50,558 nucleotides of DNA from Candidatus Methylomirabilales bacterium (GTDB lineage: Bacteria; Methylomirabilota; Methylomirabilia; Methylomirabilales; 2-02-FULL-66-22): assembly GCA_041946635.1 (NCBI GenBank), contig JBHGAX010000001.1, positions 1 through 50,558 of the forward strand, written 5' to 3'. The translations under genes and the position numbers were made by a program. Below, one piece after another: positions 1-9,267 of the stretch (position 1 is the first letter of the stretch; each line of letters begins with the position of its first letter). The notes under the pieces are model-generated. The model was not told the DNA's origin. It was given only the letters and a program-made list of their open reading frames with translations, and made no database searches.

Positions 1-2
1 CG

Positions 3-1757
3 GTGGAGTACTTCGTCTCCTACTACGACTACTACCAGCCCGAGGCCTACATCCCGCAGACGGACACGTACATCGAGAAGGACGCGCTCATCAACGACCA
101 CATCGACAAGCTGCGGCACTCGGCCACGCGCAGCCTGCTGGAGCGCCGGGACGTGGTCATCGTGGCCTCCGTCTCCTGCATCTACGGCCTGGGCTCGCCG
201 GAGGTCTACTACGGCATGGTCCTCCTCCTGGAGGAGGGCGCCACGCTGTCGCGCGAGGCCATCCTGCGCAAGCTGGTGGAGATCCAGTACCAGCGCAACG
301 ACCTGGACCTGCACCGCGGCACCTTCCGCGCCCGGGGCGACGTGATCGAGGTGTTCCCCGCCTACGAGGACGTGGCCGTCCGGGTGGAGCTGTTCGGCGA
401 CCAGGTGGAGGCCCTCTACCAGGTGGATCCGCTCACCGGGCAGCGGCTGCACCGCCTGTCGCGCTGCCCGATCTATCCCGCGAACCACTACGTCACCCCG
501 GCGGACCGGCTGGAGCGCGCCTTCGCCGCCATCGAGGCGGAGCTGGCCGAGCACCTGCCCAAGCTGGAGGCCGCCCGGAAGCTGCTGGAGGCCCAGCGCC
601 TCCGCCAGCGCACCCGCTTCGACCTGGAGATGATGCGGGAGATCGGCACCTGCAAGGGGATCGAGAACTACTCCCGCCACCTCTCCGGCCGGGCTCCCGG
701 CGAGCCGCCCCCCACGCTCATGGACTACCTGCCGCGGGACGCCCTGGTCATCATCGACGAGTCGCACCAGACCGTGCCCCAGATCCGCGGGATGTACCAC
801 GGCGACCGCTCGCGCAAGGAGACCCTGGTGGAGTACGGCTTCCGCCTGCCCTCCGCCCTGGACAACCGGCCGCTCACCTTCCCCGAGTTCGAGCGCTGCG
901 TGAACCAGGTCCTCTACGTCTCGGCCACGCCCGGCCCCTACGAGCTGGCCCACGCCAAGGACGCGGTCGTCGAGCAGATCATCCGCCCCACCGGCCTGAT
1001 CGATCCCGAGATCGTGGTGCGCCCCACCACCGGGCAGATCGACGACCTGATCCACGAGATCCGCGGGCGCGCCGCGCGCGAGCAGCGGGTGCTGGTCACC
1101 ACCCTCACCAAGCGCATGGCCGAGGAGCTGACCGACTACCTGGGCGACGTCCAGATCCGGGTCCGCTACCTCCACTCCGACATCGACACCCTGAAGCGTA
1201 ACGAGCTGATCCGCGACCTGCGGCTGGGGAAGTTCGACGTCCTGGTGGGGATCAACCTGCTGCGCGAGGGGCTGGACATCCCGGAGGTGTCGCTGGTCGC
1301 GATCCTGGACGCGGACAAGGAGGGCTTCCTGCGCTCCACGGGGTCGCTCATCCAGACGGCGGGCCGCGCGGCGCGCAACGTCGAGGGCCAGGTCATCTTC
1401 TACGCCGACGTCATCACCGGCTCCATGCGGGGCGCCATGGACGAGACGGCCCGCCGGCGGAAGCTGCAGCTGGCCTACAACCAGGAGCACGGGATCACGC
1501 CGGAGACCATCAAGAAGAGCATCCAGGACGTGCTGGCGAGCATCTACGAGCGCGACTACTACACGGTGCCCGCGGGGGCGGAGGTGCCGCTGGACGCGGT
1601 GCCCCTGGAGGAGATCCCTGCCCTCACGGCGCAGCTGGAGAAGGAGATGCGCGCGCTGGCCAAGCAGCTCGACTTCGAGAAGGCCGCGGAGCTGCGCGAC
1701 CGCATTCGCGAGCTGGACCGGCGCCGCCTGGGGATCGTCCGGACGGAATCCCGCTGA
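3..1757 (+). CDS. uvrB: Excinuclease ABC subunit B (UvrB), 5'-truncated by the window edge
   Basis: The ORF is open to the window edge, so it has no real start. The translation shows [10 protein letters not shown], helicase motifs ([25 protein letters not shown]) and the C-terminal UVR domain ([26 protein letters not shown]). Confidence 0.95.
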   Translation: MEYFVSYYDYYQPEAYIPQTDTYIEKDALINDHIDKLRHSATRSLLERRDVVIVASVSCIYGLGSPEVYYGMVLLLEEGATLSREAILRKLVEIQYQRNDLDLHRGTFRARGDVIEVFPAYEDVAVRVELFGDQVEALYQVDPLTGQRLHRLSRCPIYPANHYVTPADRLERAFAAIEAELAEHLPKLEAARKLLEAQRLRQRTRFDLEMMREIGTCKGIENYSRHLSGRAPGEPPPTLMDYLPRDALVIIDESHQTVPQIRGMYHGDRSRKETLVEYGFRLPSALDNRPLTFPEFERCVNQVLYVSATPGPYELAHAKDAVVEQIIRPTGLIDPEIVVRPTTGQIDDLIHEIRGRAAREQRVLVTTLTKRMAEELTDYLGDVQIRVRYLHSDIDTLKRNELIRDLRLGKFDVLVGINLLREGLDIPEVSLVAILDADKEGFLRSTGSLIQTAGRAARNVEGQVIFYADVITGSMRGAMDETARRRKLQLAYNQEHGITPETIKKSIQDVLASIYERDYYTVPAGAEVPLDAVPLEEIPALTAQLEKEMRALAKQLDFEKAAELRDRIRELDRRRLGIVRTESR

Positions 1758-1868
1758 ACGCGTTCGGCGGCGGGCCCGGGAGGGGACGGCCGGGCCCGAG
1801 GTCCACCCACGGGGCAGACCTCTCGCACCTCACCGCCCACCAACGAGACCATAGGGGAGGGGACCACC

Positions 1869-2072
1869 ATGAGAGGCAAGGTCAAGTGGTTCAACGTGAC
1901 GAAGCGCTTCGGGTTCATCGTGCGGGACGACAAGGGCCCCGACGCCTTCGTGCACGCGAGCGATATCGAGGGGGGTCGAGCGCTGCAGGAGGGGGAGAAC
2001 GTCGAGTTCGAGCTGGGTCAGGACGACCGCGGCCGGCCGAAGGCCGTGCAGGTGCGCTCCGTCTCCGCCTGA
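1869..2072 (+). CDS. Cold-shock domain protein (CspA family)
   Basis: A 67-aa ORF with RNP1-like KWFNVTKRFGFI and RNP2-like DAFVH. A GGGGAGGGG Shine-Dalgarno lies a few nt upstream of the ATG. Confidence 0.9.
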   Translation: MRGKVKWFNVTKRFGFIVRDDKGPDAFVHASDIEGGRALQEGENVEFELGQDDRGRPKAVQVRSVSA

Positions 2073-2098
2073 CCGCCTCGCCGAACGGCCGCATCCCC

Positions 2099-2128
2099 GC
2101 GCGGCGCGAGCCACGGCTCGCGCCGCGC
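2099..2128. terminator. GC-rich hairpin between convergent csp and rluD (candidate bidirectional terminator)
   Basis: A perfect 13-bp stem, gcgcggcgcgagc / gctcgcgccgcgc, with loop cacg, followed by ccctttgg. Confidence 0.55.
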
Positions 2129-2198
2129 CCTTTGGCCCACCGCACTCGCCTCCCCCGGCAACGCCCAGCACGGTACGGCGCCGGACGAAGGGCCGGGC

Positions 2199-3119
2199 TC
2201 AGCCCGAGAGCGGCTCGCCGATCTCGGCCTGCATGTCGGCCGGGATGGGTGCCGTGAACTCCAGCCAGGCGCCGCTCGCGGGGTGGTGGAAGCCCAGGCG
2301 CCAGGCGTGGAGCATCTGGCGCGGCGCCTCCGGCCTCCGCCGCTCCCGGCGCCCCCCGTACGTCCGGTCACCCACCACCGGGTGTCCCAGGTGGGCCAGG
2401 TGCACGCGGATCTGGTGCGTGCGGCCCGTCTCCAGGAGGCATTCCACCAGCGTGCGGCCCGGCAGCCGCCGGAGCACCCGGTACGCCGTCCGGGCCTCCC
2501 GCCCGCCCTCCCGCACGCCCATCTTCTGCCGCTCCTGCGCCCGGCGGCCGATGGGGGCCTCGATGCGCCCCGCCTCCTGCCGCAGCGTGCCGTGGACCAG
2601 CGCCACGTAGCGCTTCTGCACCTGCCGAGCCTTGAACTGGCGCGCCAGCGACTGGTGCGCCGCCTCGCTCTTGGCCACCACCAGGGCGCCGGAGGTGTCG
2701 CGGTCCAGCCGGTGGACGATGCCCGGCCGCTCCACGCCCCCGATGCCCGGCAGGTGCGGGCAATGGGCCAGCAGGCCGTGCACGAGCGTCCCCGAGGACC
2801 GGCCGGCTCCCGGGTGCACCACCAGCCCCGCCGGCTTGTTCAGCACCAGCAGGTCCTGGTCCTCGTACAGGATGTCGAGCGGCATCGCCTCGGGCGCGAG
2901 GGCGAGGGGCGCGGGGGGCGGAACGGACAGCTCGACGCGCGCGCCAGGCGTCACGAGGTGCCGCGGCTTGCGCGGCGCCCCGTCCACCAGCGCCCGCCCC
3001 TCCGCAATCAGCGCCTGCACCCGCGCCCGCGACAGCCCGCTCACACGGGCGAGGAAGGCGTCCAGGCGGGTGCCGGCGTCGGCCGGCGTAGCTGTGAAAC
3101 AGTGACGGATGTCGGTCAT
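2199..3119 (-). CDS. rluD: 23S rRNA pseudouridine synthase, RluD/RluA family
   Basis: N-terminal S4-like segment (RLDAFLARVSGLSRARVQALI), catalytic motif GIVHRLDRDTSG and HQIRVHL. It lies downstream of lspA as in many bacteria. Confidence 0.85.
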   Translation of the reverse strand: MTDIRHCFTATPADAGTRLDAFLARVSGLSRARVQALIAEGRALVDGAPRKPRHLVTPGARVELSVPPPAPLALAPEAMPLDILYEDQDLLVLNKPAGLVVHPGAGRSSGTLVHGLLAHCPHLPGIGGVERPGIVHRLDRDTSGALVVAKSEAAHQSLARQFKARQVQKRYVALVHGTLRQEAGRIEAPIGRRAQERQKMGVREGGREARTAYRVLRRLPGRTLVECLLETGRTHQIRVHLAHLGHPVVGDRTYGGRRERRRPEAPRQMLHAWRLGFHHPASGAWLEFTAPIPADMQAEIGEPLSG

Positions 3120-3134
3120 GCAAACGGAGAATCA

Positions 3135-3284
3135 GCTCGTAACGCGTAACACGTCACCAAGAACAAAGCCCTACAGCTCGAGGCCTTCGTAGATCGGCGC
3201 GCCGTCCCTGAGCAGGTGCGCACGCTGCTCGGGGACCATGGTGAGGAGCAGCTGGATGATCTCCCGAGCGTTACGCGTTACGCC
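3135..3284. repeat. Inverted GTTACG-type repeat pair bracketing the lspA-rluD spacer
   Basis: Perfect 13-nt inverted repeat: CGTAACGCGTAAC (3138-3150) and GTTACGCGTTACG (3270-3282). The right arm contains the lspA TAA stop (3271-3273). Confidence 0.7.
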
Positions 3285-3753
3285 TTCCCTCCGCCCTCCA
3301 CTCCAATACCATATCCACCAGCATCAGCCCCACGCCCACGGAGATGGCGGAGTCGGCGACGTTGAAGGCGGGCCAGTGGAGGGTGTGGTAGTGGACATCC
3401 AGGAAGTCCACCACCATGCCGTAGCGCAGCCGGTCGATGAGGTTGCCGAGCGCGCCGCCCAGGATGAGCGCCAGCGCCAGCGAGGCCAGGCGCTTCTCCC
3501 GGAGGTAGCGGGAGCGATACACGAAGATCAGGATCACCGCGGCCAGCGAGATGAGGATGAAGAAGGGATTGCGCAGGCTGCCGGAGAGGCTGGCCAGGAA
3601 GCCGAAGGCGGCGCCGGGGTTGAACACGAAGACGATGTCGAAGAACCCCGGGATGACCGGGATGGCCTGCCCGAGCTGCAGGCTCCGCACGATCACTTCC
3701 TTGGTGACCTGGTCCAGCAGGACGACGGCGAACGCCGAGAGATAGAAAGTCAT
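3271..3753 (-). CDS. lspA: Lipoprotein signal peptidase (signal peptidase II)
   Basis: A 160-aa polytopic protein with LspA motifs FNPGAAFGFL and WPAFNVADSAISVG. It sits immediately downstream of ileS, the classic ileS-lspA linkage. Confidence 0.9.
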   Translation of the reverse strand: MTFYLSAFAVVLLDQVTKEVIVRSLQLGQAIPVIPGFFDIVFVFNPGAAFGFLASLSGSLRNPFFILISLAAVILIFVYRSRYLREKRLASLALALILGGALGNLIDRLRYGMVVDFLDVHYHTLHWPAFNVADSAISVGVGLMLVDMVLEWRAEGRRNA

Positions 3754-3764
3754 CGCGGACCACT

Positions 3765-3837
3765 GAACGCGTAACGCGTACCGCGTAACACGAACACGGG
3801 TGCTCCTTCCGAGTTACGTGTTACGAGTTACGCGTTG
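3765..3837. repeat. Heptad-repeat hairpin filling the ileS-lspA spacer
   Basis: The left arm (3765-3800) is built of CGCGTAA-type units, the loop is 3801-3810, and the right arm (3813-3837) reads gttacgt gttacga gttacgc gttg. About 28 imperfect bp can form. The ileS TAA stop (3828-3830) is inside the right arm. Confidence 0.75.
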
Positions 3838-6593
3838 CCCTGCAGCGCCCCCGCGCAGCGGGCGCAGACGTCGGGGTGGGCGGCCGAGGCGCCGATGTCC
3901 GTGCGGTAGTTCCAGCAGCGCGGGCACTTGGTGCCGCCGGCCCGCTCCACCCGCACCGCGACGCCCTCGCCGCTCGGGCGCCGGGCCACCTCGAGGCGCG
4001 AGACGATGGCGATGGTCTCCAGCTCCTCGCGTCGCGCGGCCAGGAAATCGTAGGCCTCCCCCGGGGCCTCCACCGTGACCGCCGCCTCCTGCGCGCTGCC
4101 GATCAGCTTGGCCTTGCGCGCGGCCTCCAGCTCGCGGAGGACGTCGTCCCGGACCGCCAGCAGCCGCTGCCAGTCCCGCGCCAGCGCCTCGTCCAGCCAT
4201 TCGGGCCGGACCCGCGGGAACTCGGTCAGGTGCACGCTGGCCGGCTTGTCCGGCATGGTCACGTAGCGCCAGACCTCCTCCGCGGTGAAGGACAGCACGG
4301 GCGCCATGAGCTTCACCAGGCTCACCAGGACCTCGTGCATGGCCGTCTGGGCCGAGCGCCGGATGGCTGCCCCGGGCGCCGAGGTGTAGACGCGGTCCTT
4401 CAGCACGTCCAGGTAGAACGCGCTCAGGTCCACGGCGCAGAAGTGGTGCAGGGCGTGGTAGAGCACGTGGAACTCATAGTCCTCGTAGGCCTGCCGCACC
4501 CGCTCGGTGAGCTCCTGCAGCCGGTGCAGGATGTAGCGGTCCAGGGCCAGCAGCTCGCCGGCCGGCACCGCGTCGCGCGCCGGGTCGAAGTCGTAGAGGT
4601 TCGCCAGGAGGTAGCGGCAGGTGTTCCGGATGCGCCGGTACCCGTCCGCCAGGCGCGTGAGGATCTCGTCCGAGAGCCGGATGTCGTCGCGGTAGTCCTC
4701 GGCCGCCACCCAGAGCCGCAGCACCTCGGCCCCGTACTTCCGGATCACCTCCTGCGGCGCGATGACGTTGCCCTGGGACTTGGACATCTTCCGCCCCTCG
4801 CCGTCCACCACGAAGCCGTGGGTGAGGACGGCGCGGTAGGGGGGCCCGCCCTGCACGCCCACCGCCGCCAGCAGCGAGGAGTGGAACCAGCCGCGGTGCT
4901 GGTCGCTGCCTTCCAGGTACATCTCCGCGGGCCAGTGCTGGTCGTCCCGGACGCGCAGCACGGCGGCCTGGCTCACCCCGGAGTCGAACCAGACGTCCAG
5001 GATGTCGGTCTCCTTCCGGAACTCGCTGCCGCCGCACTGCGGGCAGCGCGTGCCGGGCGGGAGCAGCTCGGCCGCGGGCCGGGCGAACCAGACGTCCGCG
5101 CCTTCCTGCTCCATGAGCCCCGCCACGTGCTCCACCAGGGACGCCTCGGCCAGCAGGCGCTGGCAGGCCGTGCAGTAGAAGACGGCGATGGGCACGCCCC
5201 AGGCCCGCTGGCGCGAGATGCACCAGTCCGGCCGGTTGGCGATCATACCGGAGATCCGCTCCTCGCCCCAGGCCGGGATCCAGCGCACCTGCCGGATGGC
5301 CTCCAGCGTGCGCGCGCGGAGGCCGTTCTTCTCCATGGAGATGAACCACTGGTTGGTGGCGCGGAACAGCACGGGCTGCTTGCACCGCCAGCAGTGCGGG
5401 TAGGCGTGCACGAACTCCGAGGCGTGCAGCAGCCGCCCGGCCGCCCGCAGGTGCTGGATGATGGCCCGGTTCGCCTCCCAGACGCGCATCCCCGCGAAGT
5501 GGGCCACCTCGGGCACGAACCGGCCGGTGTCGTCCACGGGGTTGTAGATGGGCAGGTTGTGCTTGATTCCCGTCTCGTAGTCGTCCGCCCCGTGCCCCGG
5601 CGCGGTGTGCACCAGGCCGGTGCCCTGGTCCATGGTGACGTACTCGGCCGGCAGGATGGGCGCCTCCCGGTCGATCCAGGGGTGTCGCGCCACGAGCCCC
5701 GACAGCCGCGAGCCCGGGACACGCGCGAGCACCTCGGCCTCGGTCCAGCCGCAGGCCCGAGCGGTCTGGTCCAGGAGCTTCGCGGCCACCAGGTAGGCCG
5801 CCCCGCCCGAGCGAACCACCGCGTACTCCTCGTCCGGGTGCACGGCGATGGCGAGGTTGGCGGGCAGGGTCCAGGGCGTGGTGGTCCAGATGACGGCCGA
5901 GACCGGCACGCCGCGCAGGCGCGCGTCCAGGGCCGCCGGGTCGGACTGCAGCGGAAACGCCACGTAGATGGAGGGCGAGGGGTCGTCCTGGTACTCCACC
6001 TCGGCCTCGGCCAGGGCCGTGCGGCAGCTGATGCACCAGTGGACCGGCTTCAGCCCGCGATAGACCGCGCCGGTGGCGAGGAACTTCCCCAGCTCCCGCA
6101 CGATGGTGGCCTCGTACGGGTAGTTCATGGTCAGGTAGGGCTCGCTCCAGTTGCCGAGCACCCCCAGGCGCTTGAACTCCTGCCGCTGGATGTCGATGAA
6201 CTTCTCGGCGTAGGCGCGGCACATGCGCCGCTTCTCCGGGATGGACGCCTGCCGCGCGCGCGCCCCCAGCTCCTTGTCCACCTGGTGCTCGATGGGCAGG
6301 CCGTGGCAGTCCCAGCCGGGCACGTACGGGGCGTCGAAGCCGAACATGGAGCGCGACTTCACGATCATGTCCTTCAGGATCTTGTTGAGCGCGTGGCCCA
6401 TGTGGATGTGGCCGTTGGCGTACGGCGGCCCATCGTGCAGGATCCACATCTCGCGCCCGGCGCGGGCCCGCCGGAGCTGGCCGTAGAGGTCCATGCGCTC
6501 CCACTCGGTCAGGAGCGCCGGCTCGCGCTCCGCCAGGTTGGCGCGCATGGGGAAGTCGGTCTTCGGCAGGTTCAGCGTGTTCTTGTAGTCCAT
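3828..6593 (-). CDS. ileS: Isoleucyl-tRNA synthetase
   Basis: A 921-aa ORF with the HIGH-type motif [16 protein letters not shown] ([10 protein letters not shown]), an editing-domain insertion and a C-terminal Zn-ribbon (CPRCWNY...CARC). Confidence 0.97.
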   Translation of the reverse strand: MDYKNTLNLPKTDFPMRANLAEREPALLTEWERMDLYGQLRRARAGREMWILHDGPPYANGHIHMGHALNKILKDMIVKSRSMFGFDAPYVPGWDCHGLPIEHQVDKELGARARQASIPEKRRMCRAYAEKFIDIQRQEFKRLGVLGNWSEPYLTMNYPYEATIVRELGKFLATGAVYRGLKPVHWCISCRTALAEAEVEYQDDPSPSIYVAFPLQSDPAALDARLRGVPVSAVIWTTTPWTLPANLAIAVHPDEEYAVVRSGGAAYLVAAKLLDQTARACGWTEAEVLARVPGSRLSGLVARHPWIDREAPILPAEYVTMDQGTGLVHTAPGHGADDYETGIKHNLPIYNPVDDTGRFVPEVAHFAGMRVWEANRAIIQHLRAAGRLLHASEFVHAYPHCWRCKQPVLFRATNQWFISMEKNGLRARTLEAIRQVRWIPAWGEERISGMIANRPDWCISRQRAWGVPIAVFYCTACQRLLAEASLVEHVAGLMEQEGADVWFARPAAELLPPGTRCPQCGGSEFRKETDILDVWFDSGVSQAAVLRVRDDQHWPAEMYLEGSDQHRGWFHSSLLAAVGVQGGPPYRAVLTHGFVVDGEGRKMSKSQGNVIAPQEVIRKYGAEVLRLWVAAEDYRDDIRLSDEILTRLADGYRRIRNTCRYLLANLYDFDPARDAVPAGELLALDRYILHRLQELTERVRQAYEDYEFHVLYHALHHFCAVDLSAFYLDVLKDRVYTSAPGAAIRRSAQTAMHEVLVSLVKLMAPVLSFTAEEVWRYVTMPDKPASVHLTEFPRVRPEWLDEALARDWQRLLAVRDDVLRELEAARKAKLIGSAQEAAVTVEAPGEAYDFLAARREELETIAIVSRLEVARRPSGEGVAVRVERAGGTKCPRCWNYRTDIGASAAHPDVCARCAGALQGNA

Positions 6594-6722
6594 GCCCCGG
6601 CCCTCTAAATGACTGCAGCCATCGGGCGCCGGCGGTCAGCGTGGAACGCGTGCCCACTTTCGCTGAACGGCCGGACGCTGATGGCTGAGTGCGCCGTGTC
6701 GCGAATACCGCTCGAATGCGGA

Positions 6723-6751
6723 ACGCTATCAGGGAAAGCCAGCTATGTCAA
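6723..6751 (-). promoter_or_regulatory. Candidate sigma-70 promoter for ileS
   Basis: On the minus strand: TTGACA (6751-6746), a 17-nt spacer, then TAGCGT (6728-6723). This would leave a leader of about 120 nt before the ileS ATG at 6593. Confidence 0.4.
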
Positions 6752-6772
6752 TGAAATGGCCGGGTTCCGGCC
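6750..6772 (-). terminator. Candidate intrinsic terminator downstream of the EamA gene
   Basis: Minus-strand RNA reads GGCCGG-AAC-CCGGCC followed by AUUUCAUU. Confidence 0.4.
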
Positions 6773-6894
6773 TCGGCCCACTCCCGCTCCTCTGGCGAGG
6801 GTGGTGCGGGCGGGAGCATCCCGCCCGTTCCTGGCGCGGGCGCGCGTCGCGCCCGATGAAGCGCCCCCCACGGCCTGCCCGCGATGGCCGGGAG

Positions 6895-7776
6895 CTACGC
6901 GGTCTCCGCGAGCAGGACCCCGCCGAGCACGAGGAGGCCGCCCAGGACCTGCAGCGGCAGGAGCGTCTCGCCGAGCATCGCGTACGCGGCCACGGAGGCC
7001 ACCACCGGCTCCAGCATGCCGAGGACGCTGGCCTGCGTGGCGGGGAGGAGCCGCAGCCCGCTCACGAAGAGGCCAAAGGGCAGCGCCGTGCCGAGGGTGG
7101 CGATGGCCACGAAGGCCAGCCAGGTGCCGGCGTCGTAGCCGCCCTGCACGATGCGCCAGGGCGGCACGACCAAGAGCCAGGCGCCGCTGGCCGCCAGGTA
7201 CGCGTAGGCCAGGAGGGTCCAGGGCCCCAGGCGGGCCAGCGCGCGGCGGCCGGCCAGGATGTAGAAGGCGAAGGCGAAGGCGGTCCCCAGGCCGGTGAGC
7301 ACGCCCGGCAGATTGGCCCGGAGCAATCCCGGCTCGTAGATGCGCACCACCAGGCCGCAGCCCGCCAGCCCGAGGACCAGGGCCAGCACGAGCCGCGGGG
7401 AGAGCCGCTGCCCCTGCACCAGGACGGTGTACAGCGCGACCAGGACGGGCGCCTGGTACTGCAGCAGCAGCGCCGTCGCGACGCTGGTGAGGTGGATGGT
7501 CTGGAAGTAGAGGAAGTTGTTGGTGACGAGCCCGCCCAGGCCCACCACCGCGGCCGCCCGGAGGCCCCAGCCGTCGATGGCCACGGCTCCCCGGTCCCAC
7601 AGCGGGATGACCAGGAACAGGGTCAGGGTGGCCAGGTACGACCGCACCGCGACCAGCACCAGGGGATCCACCTGCTGGTCGCGGAAGAGAAGCTTGGCCA
7701 GCGCGGCCATGGTCCCCCAGCAGACCGTCGCCCCGATGACCATGAGGCCGCCGCGCCAGCGCTCGGATCGATCCAT
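6895..7776 (-). CDS. EamA/DMT-family transporter
   Basis: The translation is highly hydrophobic, with about 10 helices and two EamA-like halves. I prefer the internal ATG (MDRSERW..., 7776) over the ORF-track start at 7878, whose first 34 residues are Arg-rich and non-membrane-like. Confidence 0.75.
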   Translation of the reverse strand: MDRSERWRGGLMVIGATVCWGTMAALAKLLFRDQQVDPLVLVAVRSYLATLTLFLVIPLWDRGAVAIDGWGLRAAAVVGLGGLVTNNFLYFQTIHLTSVATALLLQYQAPVLVALYTVLVQGQRLSPRLVLALVLGLAGCGLVVRIYEPGLLRANLPGVLTGLGTAFAFAFYILAGRRALARLGPWTLLAYAYLAASGAWLLVVPPWRIVQGGYDAGTWLAFVAIATLGTALPFGLFVSGLRLLPATQASVLGMLEPVVASVAAYAMLGETLLPLQVLGGLLVLGGVLLAETA

Positions 7777-7932
7777 GTTCGCCCCGCTCCCGGTGAAGAC
7801 GCGAGTCATACCACGTCTCGGCCGCGGCGCAAAGCCACGCCTCATGGCTCGCAGCTCGTGGTCCTTGCCATGGGCCATGAGCTATCAGCCACGAGCCGCG
7901 AGCCGGTCGGCTCGCGTTCCGGCTCGCGGGCC

Positions 7933-7962
7933 TTGACACCCCTCGCGGCGCTTCAGTATAGT
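7933..7962 (+). promoter_or_regulatory. Candidate sigma-70 promoter for the aminotransferase-serA operon
   Basis: TTGACA (7933-7938), an 18-nt spacer, then TATAGT (7957-7962). This implies a leader of about 170 nt before the ATG at 8140. Confidence 0.5.
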
Positions 7963-8139
7963 CGCCGCGGTCGTGCCCGCCGAACCCGTGAGCCATCCCG
8001 GCCGGCCCCGCGTCGGGGCCTTCCGTCGGCTGCACCTCCGCCGGGCTTCCCCTTGGCCATCTGCAGTGCGCCGGTCCGGGGGGAGGCGTGCGCGCGGGCG
8101 CGGACGGATCGGGTTCCGCGGCACGCGGAGGGGGACCCC

Positions 8140-9267
8140 ATGAAGCAGCACCTGCTGGCTCCCGGCCCCACGCCCGTCCCGCCGCGCGTCCTCCAGGCGA
8201 TGGCCCAGCCCATGATCCACCACCGCACCCCGGAGTACGAAGCCCTCTTCGCCGAGGTGCGGCGCGACCTGAAGGTTCTCTTCCAGTGCGCGAACGAGGT
8301 GCTGATGTTCGCCGCCTCGGGGACGGGAGCCATGGAGGCCGCGGTGGTGAACACGCTGTCTCCGGGCGAGCGGGTGCTCGTGATCCGGGGCGGCAAGTTC
8401 GGCGAGCGCTGGGCGGACATCTGCGCGGCCCACGGCCTGGAGGTCGTCCCGCTGGACGTGCCCTACGGGGGGAGCGTGGACCCGGAGGCCGTGGCCGGCG
8501 CGCTGGCCAAGCACCCCGACGTCCAGGCGGTCTTCGCCACGCAGAGCGAGACGTCCACGGGAGCGGTGCACGACATCCGCGCCATCGCCGAGCGGGTCCG
8601 GGCCCGGGACGCCATCCTGGTGGTGGACGCCATCACCAGCCTGGGGGTCATGGACCTGCCCATGGACGCCTGGGGCGTGGACATCGTGGTGGCGGGCTCC
8701 CAGAAGGCGCTCATGCTGCCGCCCGGCCTGGCGTTTGCCGCCGTGTCGGACAAGGCCTGGGCGCGCGTGCCCCGCGCGCGCCTGCCCCGCTTCTACTTCG
8801 ACTTCCAGGCCGAGCGCAAGGCCATCCAGGGCAACCAGAGCGCGTTCACGCCGGCCGTCTCGCTGGTCATCGGGCTCCGCGAGTCGCTCCGCCTGATCCT
8901 GGAGGAGGGGCTGGCCGCCGTCTTCGCGCGGCACGACCGGCTGGCTCGCGCCGCGCGGGCGGGGGTGCAGGCGCTCGGCCTCGCGCTCTTCGCCGCCCAG
9001 CCGGGCGCCGCCTGCACCGCCGTCGCCGCGCCGGCCGGCATGTCGAGCGGCGCCGTGGTCAAGGGCATGCGGGCGCGGGGGATCACCATCGCGGGGGGCC
9101 AGGGCAGCATGAAGGGGAAGATCTTCCGCATCTCCCACATGGGCTACGTGGACGACTCCGACATCCTGCTCGCCCTCGGCGCCCTGGAGATGGTCCTGGC
9201 CGATCTCGGGCATCCCGTGACGTTCGGGCAGGCCGTGCGCGCGGCCGAGGAGGTCCTGCGGAAATGA
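8140..9267 (+). CDS. Class-V aminotransferase (serine-pyruvate/alanine-glyoxylate family; likely the phosphoserine aminotransferase partner of serA)
   Basis: An internal ATG with GGAGGGGG upstream starts MKQHLLAPGPTPVP. Motifs SGTGAMEA, VDAITSLG and the PLP-lysine context GSQKAL are present. The rest of the 840-aa ORF upstream is GC-driven read-through. Confidence 0.85.
   Translation: MKQHLLAPGPTPVPPRVLQAMAQPMIHHRTPEYEALFAEVRRDLKVLFQCANEVLMFAASGTGAMEAAVVNTLSPGERVLVIRGGKFGERWADICAAHGLEVVPLDVPYGGSVDPEAVAGALAKHPDVQAVFATQSETSTGAVHDIRAIAERVRARDAILVVDAITSLGVMDLPMDAWGVDIVVAGSQKALMLPPGLAFAAVSDKAWARVPRARLPRFYFDFQAERKAIQGNQSAFTPAVSLVIGLRESLRLILEEGLAAVFARHDRLARAARAGVQALGLALFAAQPGAACTAVAAPAGMSSGAVVKGMRARGITIAGGQGSMKGKIFRISHMGYVDDSDILLALGALEMVLADLGHPVTFGQAVRAAEEVLRK

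Noticed and set aside
1772-1797. Hairpin gggcccgg-N10-ccgggccc after uvrB, as a terminator
   Set aside because: The 8-bp stem is real, but there is no U-tract, and it lies in the csp 5' region. Its function (uvrB terminator or csp leader structure) cannot be decided from sequence.
3171-3239. 22-codon ORF (MVPEQRAHLLRDGAPIYEGLEL) inside the lspA-rluD spacer bracketed by the inverted repeat
   Set aside because: It is too short, has no SD and I recognise no family. The protein-like look may be chance or a relic of a lost gene.
3876-6608. 910-aa plus-strand ORF, with other long ORFs, overlapping ileS
   Set aside because: It is antisense to a gene with unambiguous IleRS motifs. Its translation is Arg/Gly/Pro/Ala/His-rich low complexity, typical of stop-poor frames in very GC-rich DNA.
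6594-6722. Possible T-box riboswitch in the ileS leader
   Set aside because: Two points in favour: an AUC-A (Ile codon plus purine) sits at the 3' side of a 12-nt loop closed by GGCGC/GCGUC, and GUGGGCACGCG matches the T-box core GUGGUACCGCG at 8 of 11 positions.

Three points against: the putative bulge reads UGGG, which would not pair with an ACCA tRNA-Ile end. I cannot draw the antiterminator or anti-sequestrator helices. No anti-SD pairing is evident.

A cmscan with Rfam RF00230 would settle it, and a significant hit would overturn this rejection.
6745-8139. 465-codon N-terminal extension of the aminotransferase ORF (track ORF 6745-9267). The same applies to 8088-9263 ahead of serA, 32427-32990 ahead of dctM and 49790-50545 ahead of the ChbG gene.
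   Set aside because: The extensions read through neighbouring genes on the other strand or in other frames. They lack protein-like composition, and internal ATGs with good SDs give products of canonical length.
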